The notes under the pieces are model-generated. The model had not been told where the DNA came from. It ran no database searches and saw nothing but the letters and a program-made list of their open reading frames with translations. Shown piece after piece: positions 37,074-48,260 of a stretch of DNA of 64,000 nt. Source of the DNA: Camelus ferus (taxonomy: Eukaryota); contig NC_045696.1 of the NCBI RefSeq assembly GCF_009834535.1, positions 56,794,001 through 56,858,000 of the forward strand, read 5' to 3'. How positions within the stretch are numbered: position 1 is the stretch's first letter; each line of letters opens with the position of its first letter. The translations under genes were made by a program, and so were the position numbers.

Positions 37074-37174
37074 TGCTACCTTTTAAAAGAGCTGGAAAAT
37101 CCAAATTTTGTATTATAGATTCCAAATAAATTGAGAAGGAATATACATTTCTTTAAAATTTGCCCCACTATTTC

Positions 37175-37575
37175 TCAACTGCATTGGCCCCTTTTCATAT
37201 GCTGTTCCCTTCTAATACTTCCCCCCACTTCTTTTTACATGGCTGGTTTCTTCTTATCATTTACATCTTAGTTTAAACCCCACCTTCCAGAGACCCTGAT
37301 GTCCTATCTGAGACATTTTCACCTTCTTGTTTCATTATGCTTGGCTACTGTATTCTGCTTATTTTCTTCTTAGCCTAATCACAAACTTTTTATATATTTA
37401 TTCATCTCTTATTTATAAATTTTATCTATTCACTAGGCTATAAATTCTACAAGGACACAGGAACTCTATCTGGTTAGTCCAATATTAAATCAGCAGCATG
37501 CTGATTTAAATAAATATGTAAATCAGCATGCTATATTATAAGTGTTCAACAGATACTTGGAGAATGGATGCTTGA
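37175..37575 (+). mobile_element. L2 3' end
   Basis: CTTTTCATATGCTGTTCCCTTC...CACTAGGCTATAAATTCTACAAGGACA...TGTTCAACAGATACTTGGAGAATGGATG. Confidence 0.75.
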
Positions 37576-38449
37576 ATTGGATCTAACCTTGGTAGGAGAC
37601 AAATATGCCAGCATTAACTCAACCAAAAGAGTGTTTTAAGGCTTCTCAATGATAGTGGAGTTCCAAAACTTTGAGTTGAAACAGGCTGAATGGGAAGCCT
37701 GAAGAGTCCTGGGAATTCTGTGATACTAGAAAACCCTGGTATGTTTCAAGGCTAATCAGCAATCAAGCATAGTTGGCCTCTTGACCTAGTTTTTGCTGAA
37801 ATCCCTATTGAGACCATCAAACATGATCAATTATTGGATTAGCAGACAAAAGATTAATGGTTTGAAAAGCTGACGTAAGGCATTCATATTCTCTTAATCT
37901 GTCCCTTAAAAGATTATTCTTTTTTCTCTGTCCCTAAATTATTTGCTATAGCTCCTGTATATGACTGAAAATATGATCACTTACTGGTTTTTATTTTTCT
38001 CTCAGTATAATTGAAAAACAGATGTTAGGTCTCTAGTTGAATCAAGAGGTGAGGAGGGAAGTACAACCTGGTATGATTAGGGAACAGAACTGTGCATGAT
38101 TTTAGAAAAGTTAAATATATGGTTAGAGCTCCCTGAAAAAAGCACTGAAGAAAATTAGAGTAACTTCCTGTCATAGTTGCTAGAAGGGCAAACAGGAGAA
38201 TAGTGAGATTTTTATACAACATTCTCAGTCTCTGTTCTCAGAAGAAGGCTCCATTAAGCTTAGACTATCCAACTTTATTAAACCTAGGAAAAGCAAATAA
38301 GCTTCATGTAAAAGAATAAAACAGATGTGAATGCAGGTAAGTCTAACTATAAAAGGGAAGGAAGAGGAAAGGCATTCTTTGTGTGCACAGCAAAAATCAT
38401 ATTCTTTCCCTGGAGTGTGAAACCATTATAACAACAAAAGTGCTTGGTA

Positions 38450-39038
38450 GAAGTGAAGCCAAAAATGTGCATATGACTCAGCAATTCCACTCCCAGGATA
38501 CACCCAGTAGAAAGGCATACACGTATTCACCAAAAAAACAAAGAAACAAACAAAAAAAAACCCCAAGCACTTGAATATATACAGAAACACTATTTATAAT
38601 AGCCCCAAACTGGAAACTACCCAAATGTCCAACAAAAATAATAAGGAAAAAATAGTGGTATTTTCACACAATGGAATACTATCCTGCCATGAGAATTAAG
38701 ATCTAAAACTGTATACAACAATAAGAAAAAAATTCACAAATGTAACATTGAACAAAAGAACAGACACAAAGAATATATATGATATGATTCAACTGATATA
38801 AAATATGAATACAGGGAAATCTGTGCTATTGGAAATCACGATAACAGTTAATATTGAAGAGGAATGTTAGGACTAGAAGGAGCCTTGGGATTTAGGGTTT
38901 CTGGAATGCTTCTAATATTCTGTTTCTTGATCTGAGTATTAATTAAATGGTTGCATTCAATTTGTGAAAATTCATCAAGGTAAATGCTATCATATATGCA
39001 TTTTCTACAGATATGTATGACTTACTGATTTTTAAAAA
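38450..39038 (+). mobile_element. Old L1 (L1MC/L1ME-type) 3' end
   Basis: ATATGACTCAGCAATTCCACTCCCAGG; ATAATAGCCCCAAACTGGAAACTACCCAAATGTCCA; TATTCTGTTTCTTGATCTG...TTTGTGAAAATTCATCAAG. Confidence 0.88.
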
Positions 39039-40204
39039 GATAGTTCTCCTTTGGGACTAAGGATTCTCTTCTCTCCAGCTATCAAATAGTTACTCTTTTT
39101 TCCCTGCTTTCATCCTATTTTGATTGGTGTCTTGAAAACTCAAAAGAGGGACAAGAAGCTGTGATTTAAATGACTAAACACAAATGAAAGGAGTGATAAT
39201 CAAAGAAAGTTTAAAAAAAAAAAACAGGAGGAGGAAAGAAAGCAAGAAGATTAAAAAAAAAAGAAGAAAAAGCAATCTTATCAGCTAGTGTCAGCTCTTG
39301 TCACTCCTTTTTTGTGACTGAGCTACTTGACCTTCTCCCTTAAACAGCTGCCATCTTCCCTTAGTCAATCCATTCCAGAGAAGTCAAGTCAAGTTCTACA
39401 CAGTCTGGGGGCTCTGTCAGGAAGACATGGCAGAATGGAGAAAGGAGAAAGAAAAAAAGGGGGAGCAAAAGGTAAAAAGAAGAAAAGGAGCCATTACCTT
39501 CAGTGAGGCTGTTTATAAATCACCACTTGCACAAATGTTTTGAAATTTTTTCTTATTTTCTTGTCATTTAACTATTCAGTGGCCACTTTGGAAAACACAC
39601 TCAATAAAAAACATTAGATTGTAGTTTTCAAGTCAAACACATTTAAACTAGATACAAATTTTCCACTTATTCCTAAATATAAGCAAAACACTAAACTTAC
39701 TTATTCTTTCAGTACCATAATTAAATTTTATTTTTTAAAAATCTATTTCAAACAGTATTTATGGAAGTGAATTCCTTTCATTCTCAAAAATTTCAATGGC
39801 CTACAGGAGACAAGAACTAAAAATTACTTTCTGACAAGACTCTTCTGAGTAACTGAAACTTGATCTGGCTGAAGCCAGTGAATTAAGCCGCAAAGACAAG
39901 AGTAAAACAGTTTGATCCCAGTTATTACTGACATGTAGGATGATTTGTATAGTCTCTTATCTGTTCCTGGGTTGTTTACATAATAACTTCTAGGTGAAAA
40001 AGCCCAACTGGCTCTTTTGTCTACAGAATACCAAACTTCAGGAGCATCTGAATGATCCCTTTTCCATCTAGAATTAAAGCATTAACATAGACATTGTTAC
40101 TGCTTTCCTATAAGCAGGAAAACAAGCTCTCAGATGTCAAAAGAAGCCCCATGGCCTGTTTTGTCCTAGGTAAAAGAAACTCCAATGATTACCACTGAAA
40201 ACGA

Positions 40205-40290
40205 GGTACCAATTCCTCATTTTTATAGATGAGTTAGTAGAGGCGAAATAGCTCATTCAAGATTATGTGGAAGTGGGTACCTGGAGCCCA
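40205..40290 (-). mobile_element. MIR fragment
   Basis: CCTCATTTTTATAGATGAG...GCTCATTCAAGATTATG. Confidence 0.55.
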
Positions 40291-41019
40291 GACCAATCCC
40301 ATCGTGGCATCCCTGGGTAATATGTGATGCATGTTATCATATATTATTTTTAAGAATCTGCTTTCTGTTCAGTTTCAGAGTACAGAAGAGGATTCAACTA
40401 CTTTCAGTTTTTAAACTTTAGATATAGTTACCATAGAACTGGGAGTATAGATTGTAGAATAAATGCATTCCTCATCCCCTGCCAAAGCATCTTTAAAAAA
40501 TGTGTTCCTACGAGGATATTTTCTCTGTGCCTATCTTTTATACCATAATCTTTTTCCTGCCCTTTCCCAATATCACTCAGTCTTGCATTATCTGTTTTTA
40601 TTCACTCATTCTCATTTCTAGCTTCAGCTGGGAGATAATTTAAAAATAAATACATAGATGAAAATGTTTACATGTAGACCTTTCACTAGTTTAAAGGGCC
40701 TTCTTATAAGAATGTTGAAGTAGAAATAAAAGTCTGTCTTACATCAAATTTTACTCAAATTCAACTTCCTTTTGAGAAATATTTTGATACAGAACATCAT
40801 TCTGAATTTTTAAAAATAAATTATTTTCTCCTCCCTAATCTTGAATAATTGTGGAAATTTAAAGACTATTGGGAGTAAATAAATATTTTGTTATGTAAGT
40901 AAATTTTTTACAGAGTCTTTAAAAGAAGAAAGCATTTATTTTTTTTCCTTTGGAGAAAAACAAAGTTTAAAAGAGTTATCTTAAACCCTAGGGTATCATA
41001 AGAGGAGTATGTAATCTTT

Positions 41020-41230
41020 TACAGTTTGCAGAGTATTTTAACACAAATTAAACTTGTTTGATCCTTGTAAAAGTGAGAAATAAGCAGTAGAGACATTATT
41101 ATTCCCATTTCATAGTTCAAGAAAATGAGACTAAGAGAGGTAAAGAGATTTTTGCACAGTCAAATTGCAGATTAGTGGTTAGAAATGATTGAAAACTAGA
41201 TTTTTTATCTCTAAATCCTGTGTGCTTAAT
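41020..41230 (-). mobile_element. MIR SINE
   Basis: ATTATTATTCCCATTTCATAGTTCAAGAAAATGAGACTAAGAGAGGTAAAG. Confidence 0.8.
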
Positions 41231-42569
41231 TTTTTTTTTAATGCTCTACATGGCTGCTACCCCTGTTCACCCTCACCTCCCCCCACCCTGTCAACTGCCC
41301 TTCCCACTCTACATGGTGCTTCTAAGGTGACCTGCTCAGAGAATACACTAAGGAAGACATATTGAATTAAGAATTCTGGCTGTACAAGCCTCCATCCTCC
41401 TACCCAAGTGAAAAAATTCTGGTGAAGCCATCTGTTTAGTCAAGCATGTGCCTGATGGCTGTGGGAGGATCGACAACTGTACCACCATGGATTCAGGCCC
41501 TAGAGAGTAAATATTGAAACATGTGTTTGTTTCTGTACATGTGCCTCAGGGCTCACTGATGGGCACATTTCAAGGATCTAAATAATAATAGTGATGGTGA
41601 TGCTGCCAACCCCAGTACGACTGCAGTACCTGAGCTTCACTTGAAGAAGAGCTCTGGCCATTTTGCTGATTACACATTTTCTCTCCCTTTCATGCAGCTT
41701 CTCTAGCCAAATCCCCACTGACCCCATATCTGCGTTGGTTCTCTCCTTCTTACTCTCCCAGCCATATTTTCTCTTTTGAAGGGTCCACTCTGTACTCCCA
41801 CAGATTCCTAACAATTGATTTCTCCCAAGGAAATGCCTGAATTACCATTTTTCTCCTCTATATGAGAGGATATCTCATTACATGTATCAGTTAGAAGCAA
41901 ATAGCATATCATCAAGATTTCGAGAGTATGGTACGCATCAGGTGTCACGAGAGTATGCAAAAACAAATAGAAAGCTGTATCTGCACTCCTCACAATTGAT
42001 TTGGAAAGTAAAAGATGAGATAACTTAAGAAAAGCAACCTTTAAATAGATGCTCAGTAGTATATGTGATGGCACATACAGGAGAATCAAGTGAAATCAGG
42101 TGGGGTTACACAGGGGTAGCTTTTAGGAAGAAGAGAAAACAGTGTCAAATGGTGATGTAGGTGGGATTAGACCCAGTAATCTCCATCAGCACACATTCCC
42201 AAACTACCCCAAATAAACACACAATCCAAACCAAGAAAAACAAATTTCCTATCCAATTTCAGCTTTAGAACAAGACCCCTAGCTACTCCCGTCAGATCAG
42301 TTTTCTACATAACCTAAGTTCCTAAAATTTAGAATTCCTGGAGGTACACTGAGAAGAAATGAGTTTCAAAGGAAATGATGCATGTAGAATTTTAGAAAAA
42401 ATGGTTTGAGAGAATTTTTCCAATAGGAGACAGGGGTTTGTACAAAGCCGGTAACAAGCATAGAGAAAGTGAAAAGAAAAGCCACATCAGGTTGTAGGGA
42501 GAAAAGGAAATTGAGATTGGAAAAGAAGGGTGAACTGATGGAGGTTCCTGAAGGTCAGACAAATGGTAA

Positions 42570-42750
42570 CAATGGCTAACATTTCTCAAGCCTGTTATAT
42601 GCTGGGCTCTGTGTCAGGTATCATAGTATACTATCTTATCTTAGCTCCACAACAACCCTACCAGAAAGTGTTATGAATCCTGTTCTAGACGATACAATCA
42701 AAGATTAATAAGGTTAACCAAAGTCACACAGCTAATAAGTGACACATCTG
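42570..42750 (-). mobile_element. MIR SINE
   Basis: AATGGCTAACATTT...CACAACAACCCTA...CCAAAGTCACACAGCTAATAAGTGAC. Confidence 0.8.
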
Positions 42751-42844
42751 CCTGAATCTGCTGTCATTCTCTTTCCCCTTTTCATAATTTGAATAACAAG
42801 TAATTTAGGTTGACTATGCTAGGAAGTTGGAAATCTTTATAGGT

Positions 42845-45139
42845 TTAATTTTTCAATTCAGTTTTATTTTTGTCAGACTAATATGTGCAAATAGTTTTGA
42901 AGGTCAAATATAACAAAATTTAGCAGTTTCCTCTCCATTTCTCTCTCACCATCACCACATACTGCTCCTCAGAGGCAACCATATCCATTTCTTTCCATTT
43001 TTTTCATTCTATTCCATTTCTCATATTTCAAAATGAAATGCATGACTGCTATGTGTTGTTTCATCATTTTATAACATTACCTATTCATATCTTGTTTTCA
43101 TAGGTGAGGATTTATCTTTTATCTCCACCTCTTCCTCTCTCAACTCTACCCTCTCAAAAATTATAAAACTGTTGGGGAGGGCAGTAAATTAATGCTAAAT
43201 GTTAAATTATGATGATGGTATAAATACTGTTTACTGCCTAGCTAGTAATGTACCCTGATTATGTTTCCTTCTTGTATACCTTTTTGCTTTTTTTTTTTGA
43301 AAAAGAAATTGCCCTTTTTTTTAAATGACTTTGTTTCCTATCCACTTATTGCCAATTCTTTCTAAATTCCCCATAGATTTCTAGAAACATCTCACAGTAC
43401 TATTTCCATATGGTCACTTGCATCAAATAACCTATCAGTCCACGTCCCCCTCTTTTTTTTTTTTTTTTTGTCTTTGAGAACCTTCTTTCTGCCCCTCTCT
43501 ACTGCTCCAATCTGGATTTGTTACCCAACTGTCATCTTGCACTACTCTCTTGTGTTAAGAGTTCATGTTTCCTGAATTATGTATCTTTTTACTTCTCAAT
43601 GTACTCTACTGCTTTTAGTGGACCACTCCTCCCAGAATCATCCTAAGAAAGGGTACAAGGTAGTTCCAGGCCTTGAATGCCTAGACATATTCTTAGTCTG
43701 TTCTTATAATTGATTGATAGTTTGACTTAGCATAGAATTTAAGGTTAAAATTTCCCTTAGACTTCTTTTAATTTAATTTTTATTGAGGTATAATTGACAC
43801 ATATTATATTAGTTTCAAGTGTACTACATAATAATTGGATATTTGTATACACTGAGAAATCACCACCACAATAAGTCTAGGAGAATTGTATTCTTTTTCC
43901 CTTAGACTTTTGAAGATATTTCTCCAGTATCTTACAGCTTCTGGTGTTGATATTGAAAAGTCCAGTGATTTCCAATCCTTTGTGATTTTTATTCCCCCAG
44001 AATTTTCTCTTTATGTCTTATGCTATTATTTTCTATGAGTCTTGGTCCTTGAGTCTGTGTTAAAAATTTTTTTCCTTTCTAGTATTCATCTCTTTGTCAT
44101 TTATTCTATATTTGAGAACTTTCCACATCTTTGTCTTCCAAGCCTTCTAGAGCATTTTAATTTTTATCATACTTTTGTTTACTGAAATTTCTTAGGCTGT
44201 AATTGTTCTTCCCTCTCCATTTTTGCTTCATAGATGCAACAGCTTCTCTCTTTTCCTCCACAAATAGTGAATTATGAGTAATTTATTCTTAGAAAGTTTT
44301 TTCTTTTCCTTGCATATTCTTCTATGTCCTTTCCCCCCTCCTGTTTGTTTTGTTCTATTTTTCATGTTCAAGGCTTTCTTTAAATGTCTGGCCACCCTAG
44401 CCTGATCATTCATAGGTAAGGATGAGGAGCTATGAAACTGGAAGCCCCACATGGGAGGGCAGTGTAGGCTGATAAAGCAGTCAGACGGCTTCTTTACTGA
44501 GGGCCTCCAAATACCAGGATTGAGTATTTATGTTTTCTCTGAAGTTTCTACAGAGAAAAATCCTCAATCTATTGTTTGGGGCCAATACTCCAAACTTTGT
44601 GAAGAGAGTTTATATGAGGAAGTAACGGGGAGGGGAGCAGTTTTCTTAGTCAACATGCAGACTTCCATTTATTCCCAAGATTTTCAGCTCCAAGCCTCAT
44701 TTCTCCTCTAATGATCCTAGCATCCACAAATTCAGAATCTCCCTAGTCCATTTTTCTTGAAAATAAATCTCTAGTCTTAAGCAAGAGTAAAAGAAGCAGC
44801 CTAGGCACTGTAAGCATTTGGCATATAGATGTCCATTAGTCCCCTGTTATCAGCTTTGTTCTTGCATCTGCCTTCAAAGGCTCCTGGTCTCCTAAGTCCT
44901 GAGACTCTCAGTGGTTGTATGGAAGAAATCACCCAACTTCTCAATGGTATCCCACTCTATAAGTATTTTTATTGCTTCCTCCTTTCTGCTAAAACTATTA
45001 TGCCTTCATACACAGAGTTTCTTTTCTTGTTCTTTTATCTAATGAGTTAAGAACAAAACCAAAATTACTTTACCTTCATTTTAGTGACACTTTTAAGATA
45101 TGAAATATGTGTACATGCTTAATCTGCCATGTTTAACAT
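42845..45139 (-). mobile_element. Very old L1 (L1ME-type) region including its 5' terminus
   Basis: CTCCTCAGAGGCAACCA; TTGATTGATAGTTTGACTTAGCATAGAATT; TTTCTTTAAATGTCTGGCCACCCT; terminal AATCTGCCATGTTTAAC, resuming AGGAAAC at ~46563. Confidence 0.7.
43765..43895 (-). mobile_element. Short 5'-truncated L1 3' end with perfect 14-bp TSD
   Basis: TTTTATTGAGGTATAATTGACAC...CACCACAATAAGTCTAG; TSD TTTCCCTTAGACTT at 43751-43764 and 43896-43909. Confidence 0.9.
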
Positions 45140-46559
45140 AGTCACAGTTTGGGTTCCCTGGAAACAGATCTTGAGTTAGTTTGGGGTTCAAGGTTAGATA
45201 TCAATACCTGTGAAAAGAAAGAGAACGAAGCAGGATTGAGCAGAGGGGAGAAGTCAAACCATGGTGCAGGTCAGACAGAACCTTGGTCAACCCAGCAAGG
45301 AGCTCTGTAGTTAGCAGTGCTAGTCAGAACTAGCACTTAGCAGTGCTCAGTTAGCAGTGCTAGTCTTGATCCAGCAGAAATAGCGGCACCTTTATACCCC
45401 CCCCAACGGAATGTGGGCTGCCCTGGGAAGGGTGTGACCTTGGGTGAAGAGGAAAAACTCAGTTTTCCACCTGTGCTTCTCTACCGTGAGTCTCTACTAC
45501 TCACACAGAACAGTTCACTTCTGACACTTCTGGTCGCCAAATATGTGGAGGTTTTCCCTCAGAACAAGCAATTCTTTGCAACACCAACTGGGTGTCCTAC
45601 AATTTAACTGAGTTCTGACACTACCTACCAGAGATAGTGTCAGATCCCACGGGGTAAAGGCTCAATCCCACAAGACTGCTCTTACCCCACTTTAGATGCC
45701 AATCACAAGTAGTAGGCCCCTAGGTCACCCACAACTTATGTCCATTTTGTCTACAAATCAGATATTCCCATGATCCCCTCCTCAGCTTCAATTAATTTGC
45801 AAAAGTCACTCGGAGAACTCAGGGAAACACTTCTGTTTACCGGTTTATTAAAGAATATGATAAAGGGCACTGATGAACAGCTGGATGAAGTGGTACATAG
45901 GGTGGAGTCCGGGAAGGTCTGTGACATAGGACCGTCTGTCTCTGTGAGGTGGGGTGTGTCACCCTCTTAGTAGGTGGTGGATGTGTTCACCAACCTGGAG
46001 GCTCTCCAAACCCAGTGCTATTGGGATTTTTATGAAGTCTTCCTCACATAGGCATGGTCAATTATTAACCCATTTCTATCCTCTTTCCCCTTGGGAGAAG
46101 TAGGGGACAGAGAAGGTGGGGCTGAAATTTCCAAGCTTCTAATCATGGCTTGGGCTTTCTGGTGACCAGTCCCATCCAGGAACCCAACCAGAGTCACTTC
46201 ATTAGAAGCAAAGATGTTCCTAGTGCTCTTATCACTTAAGAATTTACAAGAGTCTTAGGAGCCCTGTGTCAGGGATGGGGTCAAAGAACAAATATTAGAA
46301 CAAGAGATATTTCTAGTGCTCTTATCACTTTAAATATTACAAGGGTTTTAGGAGCTTTGTTCCAGGAACCGGGGGCAGAGACCAATATTTTTAATATATT
46401 TTTTCTATTATCTCACATTGGGCAAGGCAGCTCCCTGAAGCTGAGGCCGACCCTGAAGGAGCTGATGGCTATAGGCTATCTGCTGACTGTCTTCCTCACA
46501 GCTGGGCAGAAGTCCTTCCTTGAAGGGGGATCTGGGTAGTGATCTCCCTGTCTACCACA
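45140..46559 (-). mobile_element. LTR16-family (ERVL) solo LTR, split by a MER21-like LTR
   Basis: GTTTGGGTTCCCTGGAAACAGA at the left end; right end reads TGTGGTAGACAGGGAG...CCCAGATCCCCCTTCAAGG on the minus strand; flanks AACAT / AACAG. Confidence 0.85.
45445..46417 (-). mobile_element. MER21-like solo LTR
   Basis: TG...CA ends; minus strand starts TGTGAGATAATAGAAAAAATATAT...TTGGTCTCTGCCCCCGGTTCCTGG...GCTCCTAAAACCCTTG; perfect 5-bp TSD TTGGG (45440-45444, 46418-46422). Confidence 0.88.
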
Positions 46560-46579
46560 AACAGGAAACCCACCATAGG

Positions 46580-47803
46580 TTTTCTTTTAAAACAGTTTTA
46601 TAAAGATATAATCCACATACCAAATGATTCACCTACTTAAAGTATATAATTCAATGGCTTTTTAGTATATTCATAGAGCTGTGCATCCACTACCATAATT
46701 TTAGAATATCTTCACTACCCACCCCCTAAAACCCTGCCCCAATTATCTATCACACCTCAGTCCTCTCATCATCCCCAGCCCTAGGCAATCACTAATCTAC
46801 TTTCCATTTCTATGGAATCTGGACATTTCATATAAAGGAAATCATACAATATGTAATTCTTTGTGACTGGCTTCTTTCATGTAGTATATTTTTAAGGTTT
46901 AGTAATGTAGCATATGTCAATTCTTGAGTTCTTTTTTATTGCTGAAGAATCTTCCATTTTATGGATATTATTTATCCACTTATCAGTTGATGGACATTTG
47001 GGTAATTTTCACTTTTTGGCTACTGTTAATCATGCTGCTATAAATATTCATGTACAAATTTTTATGTGGATATATGTTTTCATTTCTCTTAGATATATAC
47101 CTAGGAGTAGAATTGTTGGATCATATGGTAACTCTAAATTTAACTGTTTGAGGACCTGCCAAACTGTTTTCCAAAGTGGCTGTGCCATTTTCATTCCTAC
47201 CAGCAGTTTGTGAGGGCTCCAACTTCTCCATATCATTGCCAACATTTGTTATTGTCAATCTTTTTAAAATTATAATCATTCTAGTGGTGTGATGTGGTAT
47301 CTCCTTGTGGTTTTGTTTGGCATTTCCTTGATGGCTAATAATGCTGAATATCTTTTCATGTGCTTATTGGCCATTTGTACAACTCTTTGCAGAAATGTAT
47401 GTTCAAAGCCCTTGCCCATTTTAAAATTAATTTATTTGCCTTTCTATTATTGAGTTGTAATAGTTTTTTATAGACTCTAGATACAAGTCCTTTGTCAAAT
47501 ATATAATTAGCAAATATTTTCTTTGTTTTTTTACTTCTTTTATGATGTCCACTAAGGCCCCATTTAAAAATTTTTTGATGATGTCCAGTTTAATCTATTT
47601 TTTCTTTTGTTGTTCATGCTTTTGGTTTCATATCTAAGAAACCATTCTGTAATCCAAAATCATGAAGATTTATACCTATGTTTTCTTCTAAGAGTTTTAT
47701 AGTTTTAGTTTTTACATGTAGGTCTTTGGCCAATTTTGAGTTAATTTTTGTATATTATATGAGATGGGGGGGCCAAATGTGAATATCTAGTTGCCCCAAC
47801 CAC
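46580..47803 (-). mobile_element. L1MB-like 5'-truncated LINE
   Basis: GATATAATCCACATACCA...CCCCAGCCCTAGGCAATCACTAATCTACTTT; CTGCCAAACTGTTTTCCAAAGTGGCTG; ORF 47048-47245 (LELPYDPTILLLGIY) is the L1 ORF2 C-terminus. Confidence 0.92.
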
Positions 47804-48144
47804 CGTATAAAGCTTGAGAATGCCATGATTAATTTAAAAAATTAAGAAAATAGCTACTGAATATCTATTCCAAATACAGCACTATAATAGGCAATATGAG
47901 ATATAGGACCACTGTCCTCTTTCTGGCTATTAGTTTCTGATTCTTATTCTCTGACCACTTGCTTTTAAGGTTTTACTTGTTAATTGCTAGTATGAGAGTG
48001 TTGAACAGGATAATGATCACGCACACGGCATTTAAAATATGCCACTTAATAATTCTTTTGTGGTTGACTTGCATCCATTAAAAAAGCTTATTTTGAGTAG
48101 CCTTGTTTAAGTGCCTATGAATTCAGGAAAAATGGATTGGGTAC

Positions 48145-48260
48145 TTAGCATTCACCAAGCATTGAATTAAGTACCAGAGATACAAAGACATATGAAATAT
48201 GCCCTATTCTGTCACTGAGCTCATAGTCTTGTGGGAGAGCGTGACACATTCTAAAGAAAT
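48145..48260 (-). mobile_element. L2 3' fragment
   Basis: CCAAGCATTGAATTAAGTACCAGAGATACAAAGA...GAGCTCATAGTCTTGTGGG. Confidence 0.6.

Noticed and set aside
46914..47245. ORFs with L1 ORF2-like peptide
   Set aside because: Fragment of a dead, 5'-truncated L1, not a host gene
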